Shown here: piece after piece, positions 1-9,234 of the stretch
Layout: the number at the start of each line of letters is the position of its first letter
How positions within the stretch are numbered: position 1 is the stretch's first letter
Source of the DNA: a virus
Taxonomy: Duplodnaviria; Caudoviricetes
Length of the DNA stretch: 64,000 nt
Virus record (IMG/VR): IMGVR_UViG_3300037590_000079
Coordinates: 1 to 64,000 of that record
Strand: one strand, 5' to 3'
Notes under the pieces: generated by a model
The model's database searches: none
Told to the model about the DNA's origin: nothing
Seen by the model: only the letters and a program-made list of their open reading frames with translations
Position numbers and translations under genes: made by a program

Positions 1-2
1 CC

Positions 3-197
3 CTCGTCGAAAAACCTCCCAAGACGCACACGATCCTGCGCTTCAAGGTGCCGCTGGCCGACGCGGAACGCATCACCGCGCTCGTTTCGCGCACCCAGAA
101 CGAACAGGGCCTGACCGAAGAGGATGGCCTGACCAATGCCGGCGACGCGCTGGTGCATCTTCTCAACGACAAGATGGCAGGGGAGACATCGGAATGA
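3..197 (+). CDS. C-terminal fragment of a probable ParB-like protein (5' truncated)
   Basis: Open frame LVEKPPKTHTILRFKVPLADAERI...NAGDALVHLL...SE*; its TGA overlaps the next ATG (ATGA); ParB call rests on resemblance and synteny only. Confidence 0.5.
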   Translation, partial: LVEKPPKTHTILRFKVPLADAERITALVSRTQNEQGLTEEDGLTNAGDALVHLLNDKMAGETSE

Positions 198-868
198 CCG
201 ACTCCGAGAACGCACACAAGATCGAGGCGTGGAATGTCGAGGATCTCGTTCCCTACGAGAACAACGCCAAGAAGCACCCGCCCGAGCAGGTCGAGAACAT
301 CGTCAATTCGATCCGGAAATTCGGATGGACACAGCCGATCGTGATCTGGAAAAACGGCGAGATCATCGCGGGACACGGGCGGCGGCTGGCCGCCATCGAG
401 CTGGGCCTGAAGAAGGTTCCGGTCATCGTTCGCCGTGATCTGACGCAGACCGAGGCCAACACCCTGCGGCTGGCCGACAACAAGGTCAGCTCCAACGAAT
501 ACGACCAGGCAATGATGGCCTCCGAGATGAACCAGATCCTGATCGACGATCCGGGAATGGATTTTCTCAGCCTGGGCTGGAACGACAGCGAAATGGAGAT
601 GATCCAGGAAGATCCCGGCGACATGGATATCGATCATTTCGAGGACGAGATCGCCGAAGCGGTCGAAAACCAGCGTGCCGAGAACGAGAAGAGCATCCAG
701 AACGCCGATGATACGGCGGCGCCGGTTGTCGATGCGCTCGGCTTCAAGCGGGTCAAGATCGCGCAGTCGCGCCGCTTGCGCGAACTCATGGTCACGATTC
801 ACGCGAAATCCGAGGATCCGGTCGAAGGGATGATTTCCGCCATCGAGAAAGGACTGGGCGCGTCATGA
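194..868 (+). CDS. ParB/Srx N-terminal domain protein
   Basis: LVPYENNAKKH...SIRKFGWTQPIVI...IIAGHGRRLAA...LRLADNK motifs. Confidence 0.85.
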   Translation: MTDSENAHKIEAWNVEDLVPYENNAKKHPPEQVENIVNSIRKFGWTQPIVIWKNGEIIAGHGRRLAAIELGLKKVPVIVRRDLTQTEANTLRLADNKVSSNEYDQAMMASEMNQILIDDPGMDFLSLGWNDSEMEMIQEDPGDMDIDHFEDEIAEAVENQRAENEKSIQNADDTAAPVVDALGFKRVKIAQSRRLRELMVTIHAKSEDPVEGMISAIEKGLGAS

Positions 869-1269
869 CCGACGGTTCGGTAATCGATCTTCGAAGCCGT
901 CGCCCGGCCGAGGAGGCCGACCGGATCGACGAGGAAATGGAGCGCAAGCTCGAAGAGATCAGGCGAGAGGCAAAAGAGGATAACCGCGAGCGGATGCTTT
1001 TGCTGCTCGGTGCCGTTCGCGAAATGGTGGAGTCGGGTCAGATCGACAGCCTGGCGATCCTCGGACGCAACCCTGAAAACGGCATATTCCTCTCCGAGCT
1101 GCTGATCGCCGACGGCGTGCCGCCCGACGTGGTGACGGGTTTCGTCGGCGCGCTGGAGATCATGAAGACCGAGGCGACCGACATGGCCATCTCCGGCCCG
1201 CGCATGCTCTCCGACGGCACCTACTTCAGCCTGGAGGCCGAGATGGAGATTTACGGAGACGGAGAATGA
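865..1269 (+). CDS. hypothetical protein
   Basis: ATGA overlaps at both ends, typical codon usage. Confidence 0.7.
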   Translation: MTDGSVIDLRSRRPAEEADRIDEEMERKLEEIRREAKEDNRERMLLLLGAVREMVESGQIDSLAILGRNPENGIFLSELLIADGVPPDVVTGFVGALEIMKTEATDMAISGPRMLSDGTYFSLEAEMEIYGDGE

Positions 1270-1904
1270 CGACCTATACCATCAGTAAGTCCTTCATTAG
1301 CTCCGTCGAACGGACACCGCGCGTCCTCGAAGTCGCCGAGAGCTTCGGCATGGGCCTGTCGGACAAGAAATTCGTGATCTACGACAACCTCGAAATCGAT
1401 ATCCGCCAGGGCGACGTGATCTACATCACCGGCCAGTCCGGCTCCGGGAAGTCGCTGCTGCTTCGCGATCTGACCGCGAAGATGCGCGAGGAAGGGCTGA
1501 AGGTCGCCGACCTGGCAGAGGTCGATCTCCGCGAAAAGCCGGTGATCGACCAGCTCGGCGAGACCACGACGAACGCGACCGACCTTCTCGCCAAGGCCGG
1601 CATATCCGACGCCTGGATCTACATCCGCAAGCCCTCCGAGCTGTCCGACGGGCAGCGTTATCGTCTCCGTCTGGCGAAGGTGATGGAGACGGACGCCGAT
1701 GTCTGGGTCGCGGACGAGTTCGGCGCGGTTCTCGACCGCGAGACCGCGAAGGTCGTCGCCTTCAACATGGCAAAGGTGGCTCGGCGCATGGGCAAGACCC
1801 TGATGGTCGCGACCACTCACGCCGACCTTTTCGAAGAGCTGGCTCCCAGCCTGAAAATCACCAAGCGGTTTCGCGACCGCGTCGATCTGGAGAGCGCCAC
1901 ATGA
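1266..1904 (+). CDS. soluble ABC-family ATPase
   Basis: Walker A GQSGSGKS, signature LSDGQ, Walker B WVADE, H-loop ATTH; no membrane partner nearby. Confidence 0.85.
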   Translation: MTTYTISKSFISSVERTPRVLEVAESFGMGLSDKKFVIYDNLEIDIRQGDVIYITGQSGSGKSLLLRDLTAKMREEGLKVADLAEVDLREKPVIDQLGETTTNATDLLAKAGISDAWIYIRKPSELSDGQRYRLRLAKVMETDADVWVADEFGAVLDRETAKVVAFNMAKVARRMGKTLMVATTHADLFEELAPSLKITKRFRDRVDLESAT

Positions 1905-2140
1905 AGATCTTCCTGGTCATCATCTTCACCATCTCCGGCGAGCCCGCCGTCATCGAGGGCTTCCTGCCGCGGGAACATTCCAGCCAGGCGGGCTGCGAGG
2001 CAGCGGCGCTTTTCGCGCTCGACCACTTTGCCGGGAACCGCGCGGCCTATCCCGAGCTTCGTGTCGTGGATTGCGTCGAGGCCGATTCCATGAAGGAAGC
2101 GATCGAGACCTTCGGCGTGCTTCCGGGCGAGCTGACCTGA
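1901..2140 (+). CDS. hypothetical protein
   Basis: Translationally coupled ORF with a hydrophobic N-terminus. Confidence 0.55.
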   Translation: MKIFLVIIFTISGEPAVIEGFLPREHSSQAGCEAAALFALDHFAGNRAAYPELRVVDCVEADSMKEAIETFGVLPGELT

Positions 2141-2154
2141 CCGGGGAGTCGTTT

Positions 2155-2265
2155 ATGTCGTCACCATCGACGTCTTTCGTGTCGCGAGTTCGTTTCGACT
2201 GCTTCCCGAGACACGCAGATAGCGCTGAGACGCGCAGAGAGCGCGCAGGAGTAGCATCCGCATGA
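2155..2265 (+). CDS. putative 36-aa small ORF
   Basis: GGGGAG upstream, fills the gap, TGA overlaps the ATG at 2262. Confidence 0.3.
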   Translation: MSSPSTSFVSRVRFDCFPRHADSAETRRERAGVASA

Positions 2266-3146
2266 TTTCAGACACCGAGACACTCATCGAGCGCGTGGAC
2301 GCACCCTGTGCGCGTTTCTCGCTTGCGGACGACATGTTCGTCGAGCGCGGGACCAAGGCCGACTGGGATCTGCTCCACGAGCTGCACTACAAGGCAGAGG
2401 GCCTGCCGATCGGTCCGCGCTTCTGGCGGCTCGACCTGAAGGGCGAGACCGTGGGCGTGCTTGTAACCGGAACACCGAAGGGCATGCTGCGCGAGCGGCA
2501 CATCGTCTTTCCGCGCCTCAAGCCCAGGTCGGGCGACACGCGGATGACCAACACGCTGCGCTACAAGTATATCAACGCCAATTTCCGGGTGATCTCGCGC
2601 TTCGTGATCGACACGATGTTCCGCGGCATCGGCGCCGGCTATCGCATGATGAACCTGGTCAGCCGCATGGAAGGGAACACCTTCATGGAGATCCAGTCCT
2701 CCATGTCGAAGTTCAACTATTTCGGCCAGAAGGCGGGATTTCGCTTCGTCAAGCCGATGAACGCCAACAATTACGACAAGGTGATGCGCTTCTTCCGGTC
2801 GCATTTCGAGGCGAGCCCGCAGGATTTCCAGTCGATCATCGAGGAGATCGAGGCGAAATCTCCCGAGGAGCAGGCGCGCTACCTGGAAATGTGCAAGGAT
2901 TTCTACTTCCGCAACTCCGCGATGGAGAACACCTCGAAGGGCGGCAAGAACATGGAGGATCGCCGGCAGCGGCTCGATCTTCGCTACATCGTGAAGGGCA
3001 TCCAGCAGATCGGTCTCAGCTCGCCGCTTTACGGCGTGTGGAAGTGCCCCGACGAGAAGGGAAAGGTGCCTCAGAAGCTGCCGCTTTCCGCTTTCGACCT
3101 TCAGGGGCCGACAGAGCCGCTACTTTACCGGGAGGATCAGAAATGA
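2262..3146 (+). CDS. GNAT-fold (Mom-like) acyltransferase, possibly DNA-modifying
   Basis: HELHYK and ISRFVIDTMFRGIGAG (acyl-CoA-binding motif A); adjacent to ABC ATPase and ParB genes. Confidence 0.65.
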   Translation: MISDTETLIERVDAPCARFSLADDMFVERGTKADWDLLHELHYKAEGLPIGPRFWRLDLKGETVGVLVTGTPKGMLRERHIVFPRLKPRSGDTRMTNTLRYKYINANFRVISRFVIDTMFRGIGAGYRMMNLVSRMEGNTFMEIQSSMSKFNYFGQKAGFRFVKPMNANNYDKVMRFFRSHFEASPQDFQSIIEEIEAKSPEEQARYLEMCKDFYFRNSAMENTSKGGKNMEDRRQRLDLRYIVKGIQQIGLSSPLYGVWKCPDEKGKVPQKLPLSAFDLQGPTEPLLYREDQK

Positions 3147-3415
3147 CACACAGACCGGTTCGGATCACACGAAAGCAGAAGGCCATCATGGGGACCATTC
3201 TGCGCGAAGCCGGGGAGGGGCGGTTTCTCAGCCTGAAGGAGCTGCACGAAGCCATTCCGCATGGTGACAAGTGCAGCTATGGCGCAATGCGGCTTTCCCT
3301 GGACCGGCTGGAAGAAGCCGGACTGATCGTGCGTGAGCGCGTCACGGGAACGACGAAGAAAGCCGTGACACCCACCGATCTCGGCTTCAAGTGGTTCAGA
3401 CCTCTCCGGGAGTGA
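3143..3415 (+). CDS. winged-helix DNA-binding protein
   Basis: LSLKELHEAI...YGAMRLSLDRLEEAGLIVRER...TPTDLG; GGAGG RBS and ATGA overlap. Confidence 0.7.
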   Translation: MTHRPVRITRKQKAIMGTILREAGEGRFLSLKELHEAIPHGDKCSYGAMRLSLDRLEEAGLIVRERVTGTTKKAVTPTDLGFKWFRPLRE

Positions 3416-3418
3416 TTT

Positions 3419-3495
3419 CCCGAGCCGCGCTGTATCTTTATAGATTAGTTGTTAAGTTACCTCTTACTTATTATAAAGATACAGCGCGGCTCGGG
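3419..3495. repeat. Inverted repeat element IR1 (24-bp perfect arms, 29-bp AT-rich core)
   Basis: CCCGAGCCGCGCTGTATCTTTATA (3419-3442) / TATAAAGATACAGCGCGGCTCGGG (3472-3495). Confidence 0.95.
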
Positions 3496-3510
3496 GAAAA
3501 AGAGGCGAAA

Positions 3511-4110
3511 ATGAGCGACGAGGAAAGCAACAACTCCGGAAGCGAACGCCTTTCCCAAGAGGTTTTTGACCGGATCCGGTATGAATACGAGACCGGTCAG
3601 AAGAACCTCGGCGACCTTGCGGAAGAGGCGGGTGTGTCGCGACAGGGACTGTCCCGGCGTCTGAAGCGTGCCGGCGCGGTCAAGAACTCGCGCATCCACG
3701 AGCTGAAGAAGCCGGAAAACGCTCCGGAACCGGACAAGAGCTACTCGGCCAATCGCGCAAAGTGGATCGAGGAGACGCGCGTCTCCGGGTTCAATGCACT
3801 GAAGCAGGCCCAGATCATCGCGCGCAAGACCGTCGCCGACGCCGTCAGAAGCAATCAGTCCCTGGCGACCATCGACGACGATCTCAAGGCGATCCAGCGC
3901 TACAACAAGACGCTCGCGGACAACATCCTGGCAACCCTCAACCTGCTCGATGCCGACAATTACATCGACGAGGAGGATCTGCCGCAGCTGCTGATCCAGG
4001 ATCTGACCGACGAGGAGATTCTCGAACATCACAAGGCCACCGGGGCACTGCCGGAAGACGCGACCATCGAGGATCTGAACTCCGAAGAGATCGTGGCGGA
4101 AGAAATCTGA
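3511..4110 (+). CDS. terminase small subunit (putative)
   Basis: N-terminal HTH (LGDLAEEAGVSRQGLSRRLK); directly upstream of and coupled to TerL. Confidence 0.7.
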   Translation: MSDEESNNSGSERLSQEVFDRIRYEYETGQKNLGDLAEEAGVSRQGLSRRLKRAGAVKNSRIHELKKPENAPEPDKSYSANRAKWIEETRVSGFNALKQAQIIARKTVADAVRSNQSLATIDDDLKAIQRYNKTLADNILATLNLLDADNYIDEEDLPQLLIQDLTDEEILEHHKATGALPEDATIEDLNSEEIVAEEI

Positions 4111-5384
4111 TGGCCCTGATGGAAAATAACATCCTGAAGCTGCACCGGCTTCAGAAGAAGGTCATGGGCGACAAGCACCGATTTCGCGTCGTCGTGGCCG
4201 GGCGCAGATGGGGCAAGACCCAGGTCGCCAAGATCTCCCTGATCACCTTTGCCGCGTCGAAGCGCAAGCAGCTGGTCTGGTATGTCGCGCCGACCTATCA
4301 GCAGGCGCGCGATATCCTGTGGGAAGATCTCAAGGCCAGCATTCCGCGCAGCTGGATCCACAAGATCAACGAGACCCGGATGACCATCCGGCTCATCAAC
4401 GGATCCTGGATTGCCCTGAAAGGGGCCGACAAGCCCGACAGCCTGCGCGGCATCGGTCTGAACTTCGTCGTGGTGGACGAGGCCCAGGACATCAAGGAAG
4501 AGACCTGGGAGATGGTCCTTCAGCCGACGCTCTCGACCACCAACGGCCGGGCGCTCTTCATCGGCACGCCGAAGTCCTACAACTGGCTCTATGATCGCTA
4601 CATGCTCGGCCAGCGCGGCACTATCGTTCGCGACGAGCGCCGGCGGAAGGTGCTCAACGAGTGGAAGTCGTGGCAGTTCCCGACCATCACCTCGCCGTTC
4701 ATCCCCAAGCGCGAGATCGAGAGCAAGCGCCGCGACATGGATCCCAAGTCGTTCCGGCAGGAATACGAGGCGTCGTTCGAGACGATGTCCGGGCGCGTCT
4801 ACTACTCCTTCGACCGCAAGACGCATGTCGGGAACTACCCGTTCAATCCGCGCCTGCCGATCTATATCGGCATGGACTTCAACATCGATCCGATGTCGGC
4901 CATCATCTGCCAGGAGCAGAGCGACGGCATGATCTGGGTCGTGGACGAGTGCGTGCTTTACGGCTCGAACGTGCAGGACACGGCGGACGAGCTTGGCCGG
5001 CGCTACTTCCGGTATATGCGCCAGATCGAGATCTACCCGGATCCGGCGGGCAACAATCGCAACCACGACCGCGGCGAAAGCTCGCTCGACGTGCTGCGCG
5101 AGGCCGGCTTCCGGAAGATCTACTACAAGCCGAAGCATCCGCTGGTGATGGATCGCGTGATGGCCGTCAACCGGATCATGCGGGCTGCCGACGGGTCGGT
5201 TCGTCTCGGTGTCAACGAGCACTGCAAGCACTTCATCGAGAGCGCCGAGCAGACCATCTTCAAGGAAGGCTCGCGCGAGGTGGACAAGAAGCAGGGCACC
5301 GAGCACGCGATGGACGCCTTCGGCTACTACATCGATTACCGGCACCCGATGAGCAAGCACGACATTGTCGGCGTCTCCATTTGA
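4110..5384 (+). CDS. terminase large subunit
   Basis: VVAGRRWGKT Walker A, FVVVDEA Walker B, IGTP, GMDFN nuclease motif, EHAMDA. Confidence 0.95.
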   Translation: MALMENNILKLHRLQKKVMGDKHRFRVVVAGRRWGKTQVAKISLITFAASKRKQLVWYVAPTYQQARDILWEDLKASIPRSWIHKINETRMTIRLINGSWIALKGADKPDSLRGIGLNFVVVDEAQDIKEETWEMVLQPTLSTTNGRALFIGTPKSYNWLYDRYMLGQRGTIVRDERRRKVLNEWKSWQFPTITSPFIPKREIESKRRDMDPKSFRQEYEASFETMSGRVYYSFDRKTHVGNYPFNPRLPIYIGMDFNIDPMSAIICQEQSDGMIWVVDECVLYGSNVQDTADELGRRYFRYMRQIEIYPDPAGNNRNHDRGESSLDVLREAGFRKIYYKPKHPLVMDRVMAVNRIMRAADGSVRLGVNEHCKHFIESAEQTIFKEGSREVDKKQGTEHAMDAFGYYIDYRHPMSKHDIVGVSI

Positions 5385-5386
5385 TC

Positions 5387-5415
5387 TTGCAATTAGGTCA
5401 GTGCTTACTTATGGT
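5387..5415 (+). promoter_or_regulatory. sigma70-like promoter with the 18-bp operator in its spacer
   Basis: TTGCAA-N17-TATGGT; operator TAGGTCAGTGCTTACTTA at 5394-5411. Confidence 0.65.
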
Positions 5416-5435
5416 TTGCGGGAAAGGATCGAAGA

Positions 5436-7031
5436 ATGCCCCAGACCGACGGTTCAGCGCAATACACCGAGAATGCCCTGCGGTCGTTTTACGACCGCCG
5501 GCATCCGATGTATCTCGAACTGATCGAGCACTGGCGGTTTCTCTTCGAGACATACCGGGGCGGCCGGCACTGGTTCGAGAACCACATCCACAAGTATCAC
5601 AAGGAAGGCACCCAGGAATACAAAAACCGTCTCGATCGCGCCTACCGGTTCAACCACACGCGCGAGGTCGTCGATCTGGTCCAGAAATACCTCTTCAAGG
5701 GGCATATCAACCGGAACACGGACGAGGCACCCGAGACGGTGACGGCTTTCTGGAAGGCTGCGATGCGCGGCGGTGCCGGGATCAAGACGCTGATGCGCGA
5801 GGCGTCGGTGAAGGCGTCGATCGGCGGCCGCACCGCGATCGTCGTGGACAACAATTTCCCCAGCAATGTCGATGAAGAGGGAAATCGCATTCCGGTCTCG
5901 ATCTCCGCGATGCAGGGGCATCGCGTCTACGCCTATTGCGTGCCGGTGACGGATATTCTCGACTATGCCTGGGACGAGGATGGCGACGGCGAGCTTCTCT
6001 GGATCAAGCTGCGGGAATGGGTGCGCGACGATACCGATCCGTTCGAGGCGGCCGAGCTTGTCGAGCCGCGCGTGCGTCTGTGGACCCGTGACAGTTGGTA
6101 TCTCTACCAGGAGGTTGACGAGCCCGACAAGACCAATCGGCCTGCGCGCGGAAAGGAGAACCCGAAGGAGATCAGGAGTATCGGTTCGGGCAAGCACGAC
6201 CTGGGCGAGGTGCCCGTTCGGCTGCTCGACAACACCATCTCGGCCGATCCCTACAACGCGCCGAGCCTGATCGAGGATATTGCCTATCTCGACCGCGCGG
6301 TCGCGAACTATCTGTCGAACCTGGACGCGATCATCCAGGATCAGACCTTCAGCCAGCTTGCGATCCCCGCGCAGGGGCTCAATCGCGGCGACGACGCTTA
6401 CAAGAAGGTGCTCGAAATGGGCACCAAGCGTATCTTCACCTATGACGCCGGAATGGGCAGCGACGCGGCTCCGCGTTTCATCTCGCCCGATCCGAAGCAG
6501 GCCGGCGTCATCCTGAGCGTGATCAACAAGATCATCAACGAGATCTACCACACGGTCGGTCTCGCCGGTGAACGCACGAAGGAGGATAACTCCGTCGGGA
6601 TCGACAACAGCTCGGGCGTGGCGAAGGCTTACGATTTCGAGCGGGTCAACTCGCTTCTGACGAGCAAGGCCGCCGCGTGCGAGGAAATCGAGAACTGGAT
6701 GGTTCGGATCGTGCAGAAATGGCACGGGGCCGAAACCGTCATCGACGATCTGGTCTCCTATCCCGAAGGTTTCGATGTTCTCAACCTTCAGGACGAACTG
6801 ACGACCGCCGAGGCACTGGGCAAGATCAACGCGCCCGAAGAGGTTCGGCGGCATCACATGCGTCAGCTCGTGGAAAAGCTGTTCCCGCAGCTGAAAAAGG
6901 ACATCAAGGAAGGCATCATCAAGGCGATCTCCGAATGGCAGAAGCCCGAGGAAAGTGATGCACAGCCGTCCGGCGATCCTGTCTCCGCGCCCAACAGGCA
7001 GGGACAGGTGACGCGGGACACCCCCGACTAA
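5436..7031 (+). CDS. portal protein
   Basis: 531 aa after TerL; HDLGEVPV, SLIEDIAYLDRAVAN, SSGVAKAYDF portal-like motifs. Confidence 0.85.
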   Translation: MPQTDGSAQYTENALRSFYDRRHPMYLELIEHWRFLFETYRGGRHWFENHIHKYHKEGTQEYKNRLDRAYRFNHTREVVDLVQKYLFKGHINRNTDEAPETVTAFWKAAMRGGAGIKTLMREASVKASIGGRTAIVVDNNFPSNVDEEGNRIPVSISAMQGHRVYAYCVPVTDILDYAWDEDGDGELLWIKLREWVRDDTDPFEAAELVEPRVRLWTRDSWYLYQEVDEPDKTNRPARGKENPKEIRSIGSGKHDLGEVPVRLLDNTISADPYNAPSLIEDIAYLDRAVANYLSNLDAIIQDQTFSQLAIPAQGLNRGDDAYKKVLEMGTKRIFTYDAGMGSDAAPRFISPDPKQAGVILSVINKIINEIYHTVGLAGERTKEDNSVGIDNSSGVAKAYDFERVNSLLTSKAAACEEIENWMVRIVQKWHGAETVIDDLVSYPEGFDVLNLQDELTTAEALGKINAPEEVRRHHMRQLVEKLFPQLKKDIKEGIIKAISEWQKPEESDAQPSGDPVSAPNRQGQVTRDTPD

Positions 7032-7114
7032 GGACGCCGTCGAGAAACCGCACGGCATCCTGCAACAGAAACCGGCCGAGAGACTGGCCACCTGACATGC
7101 CCGAGAGACTGGGC
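7031..7114 (+). promoter_or_regulatory. three hairpins with GAGA(G/A)AC loops in the scaffold leader
   Basis: GGCC-GAGAGACT-GGCC (7074-7089), GCCC-GAGAGACT-GGGC (7099-7114), and a longer stem at 7031-7061 whose loop contains GAGAAACC. Confidence 0.6.
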
Positions 7115-7128
7115 GGAAGGAGAAAGAC

Positions 7129-8100
7129 ATGGATAAGTCCATCATGGGGCTGCTGCCCTTTTTCGCGTTTGCAGCCATGAATGTGCTGCGCGACAAGGAT
7201 GACGAAACCGGGAGCAAGTCTGGCGACGACACCGATCAGAACGGCGACAAGGGCGACGACAAGAGCGGCGACAAGGGCGACGATGAGACCGATGCCGAGC
7301 GTCAGGCACGCGAGGCGAAGGAGGCCGATGAGGCCGAGCGCCAGGCGCGCGAGGATGCCGACAAGGCCAAGAAGAAGGCCGACAAGACCGGCGACTCCGC
7401 CGACAAGAAGGAGGCCGAGGAGAAGGCCGACCTGCTCAAGGAGGTCATGGACAAGAAGCAGAAGCTCCGTGACACCGAGAAGGAGAAGGCCGATCTCGAA
7501 GCGAAGCTCAAGGCATATGGCGACATCGATCCCGACAAGGCCAAGGAGCTTGTCCGCAAGGAGCAGGAGGCCCAGCAGGCCGCGCTCGAAGCGAAGGGCG
7601 AGTTCGAACGCGTCAAGGAGATGATGCGGGAGCAGAGTGAGAAGGAGAGCGAAGAGCTCCGCGCGGAACTGGAGCGCGAGCGCGAGGCCAACAAGTCGAA
7701 GGATGCGATCATCGACGATCTCACCGTCGGCAACGCCTTCTCGTCCTCGAAGTTCATCCAGGAAAACCTGGTGATCTCGTCGAACAAGGCTCGCCAGCTC
7801 TACGCCGGTCATTTCGAGATGGTCGATGGCCAGCTGGTCGGTTTCGACAAGCCCGCCGGCGCCAAGGATCGCACCCAGCTCGTGAACGGATCGGGCGATC
7901 CGGTTTCCTTCGACGAGGCGATGAAGCGTATCATCGAAGCGGATCCCGACAAGAACGATCTCACCCGGTCGAACGCGCGGCCGGGCGGCGGATCGAAGAC
8001 GAACTCCGGCGGGGAAAAGAAACCCGGTGCCGACAAGAAGAAGAGTGACGGTCTCTACGGCCGGACGCGCATCGCAAATGCGCTGAAGGAAGACACCTGA
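7129..8100 (+). CDS. head scaffolding protein
   Basis: Acidic low-complexity N-terminus and coiled coil; lies between portal and capsid genes. Confidence 0.8.
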   Translation: MDKSIMGLLPFFAFAAMNVLRDKDDETGSKSGDDTDQNGDKGDDKSGDKGDDETDAERQAREAKEADEAERQAREDADKAKKKADKTGDSADKKEAEEKADLLKEVMDKKQKLRDTEKEKADLEAKLKAYGDIDPDKAKELVRKEQEAQQAALEAKGEFERVKEMMREQSEKESEELRAELEREREANKSKDAIIDDLTVGNAFSSSKFIQENLVISSNKARQLYAGHFEMVDGQLVGFDKPAGAKDRTQLVNGSGDPVSFDEAMKRIIEADPDKNDLTRSNARPGGGSKTNSGGEKKPGADKKKSDGLYGRTRIANALKEDT

Positions 8101-8120
8101 TTTTCCCCTCTCTTTGGCCG

Positions 8121-8155
8121 AATGTGCCGCAGCGATCACACCGCTGCGGCATATT
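8121..8155 (+). terminator. stem-loop after the scaffold gene
   Basis: AATGTGCCGCAGCG...CGCTGCGGCATATT. Confidence 0.55.
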
Positions 8156-8255
8156 TGTCACAAAAATCCGTTTTTTCTCTTGAATACATCGCCCTCCTCG
8201 GGTTATGTAAGCGGTGACTTACATCCTGGCGATGCTCTGAACGAGGAGAAGAAAC

Positions 8256-9158
8256 ATGCCCCTTCTGGCGGAAGAAGCCGAAAAGCTGTCGATCGAGGAT
8301 CGCCAGCGCGGCGTCATCGAAGAAATCATCGATCGGGACGAGCTGTTCGCACTTGTTCCGTTCACTGGCACCACCGACGAGACCTATTCCTACGTCCGTG
8401 AAAAGACCGTCGCCGAAGGCGAATGGTTCTCGGCCTACGAAGACCTGGAGGAGAGCGCATCGACGTTCGACCCGGTCAACGTGAAGCTGAAGCGGATCGC
8501 CGGTCAGGTCGATATCGACAACTTCCAGGACGAGGTTCAGTCGAATCTCAACAACCAGGTCGCCATCCAGCTCGCCGCCAAGGCGAAGGGCATGGGCCGG
8601 CAGTTCCGCCGCACTCTCGTGAACGGCGACACCGCCGTGAACGCGAAGGAGTTCGACGGTCTGCGCAAGCTCACCCCTGCGGCCCAGACCATGAATGCCG
8701 GCGCAAATGGCGGCTCGGTGTCCTTCTCGATGCTCGACGAGATGCGCGACATGGTCGATCTCGGCGCCGACGTGCTGATGATGCGCCAGGGCACCTGGCG
8801 CGCGATCCGCGCCCTGAACCGGACGATGGGTGGCAACACCGCCGATCACATCATGCTGGAGAACTTCGGCTTCCCGGTTCGCGCCTATGACGGCACCCCG
8901 GTGATCATCAACGACTTCATCGAGGCCGACGAGACGCAGGGCACCAACGACGCCACGACCTCGATCTACGCTCTGCGCCTGAACGAGGCCGACGGCTTCC
9001 ACGGTCTGTTCGGCGGGCCTTCGGCGGGCTTCCGCATGGAGAAGGTCGGCCTGCTCCAGGGCAAGGACGCGACCCGCTGGCGGATGAAGTGGTATGTTGC
9101 CACGGCGCTCAAGGCCACCCACGCGGTTTCGCGCCTCAAGGGCGTGACCAACATCTGA
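8256..9158 (+). CDS. major capsid protein
   Basis: 300 aa, GVIEEIIDRDELFALVPF...EFDGLRKL; strong GAGGAG RBS, strongly biased codons, position after scaffold. Confidence 0.9.
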   Translation: MPLLAEEAEKLSIEDRQRGVIEEIIDRDELFALVPFTGTTDETYSYVREKTVAEGEWFSAYEDLEESASTFDPVNVKLKRIAGQVDIDNFQDEVQSNLNNQVAIQLAAKAKGMGRQFRRTLVNGDTAVNAKEFDGLRKLTPAAQTMNAGANGGSVSFSMLDEMRDMVDLGADVLMMRQGTWRAIRALNRTMGGNTADHIMLENFGFPVRAYDGTPVIINDFIEADETQGTNDATTSIYALRLNEADGFHGLFGGPSAGFRMEKVGLLQGKDATRWRMKWYVATALKATHAVSRLKGVTNI

Positions 9159-9190
9159 TCTTGTTTTTCGGTCAGTGCTGACTTAACATT

Positions 9191-9215
9191 GGGCGGGAGC
9201 AATCCCGCCCTTTGT
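9191..9215 (+). terminator. Rho-independent terminator after the capsid gene
   Basis: GGGCGGGA-GCAA-TCCCGCCC-TTTGT. Confidence 0.7.
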
Positions 9216-9234
9216 CATTCTGAGAGAGCCCATC

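Noticed and set aside
1266-1904. ABC transporter
   Set aside because: No permease or substrate-binding protein nearby
3419-3495. IR1/IR2 as protelomerase tel sites or IS ends
   Set aside because: tel sites are uninterrupted palindromes; no protelomerase or transposase gene and no target duplication are visible in the window
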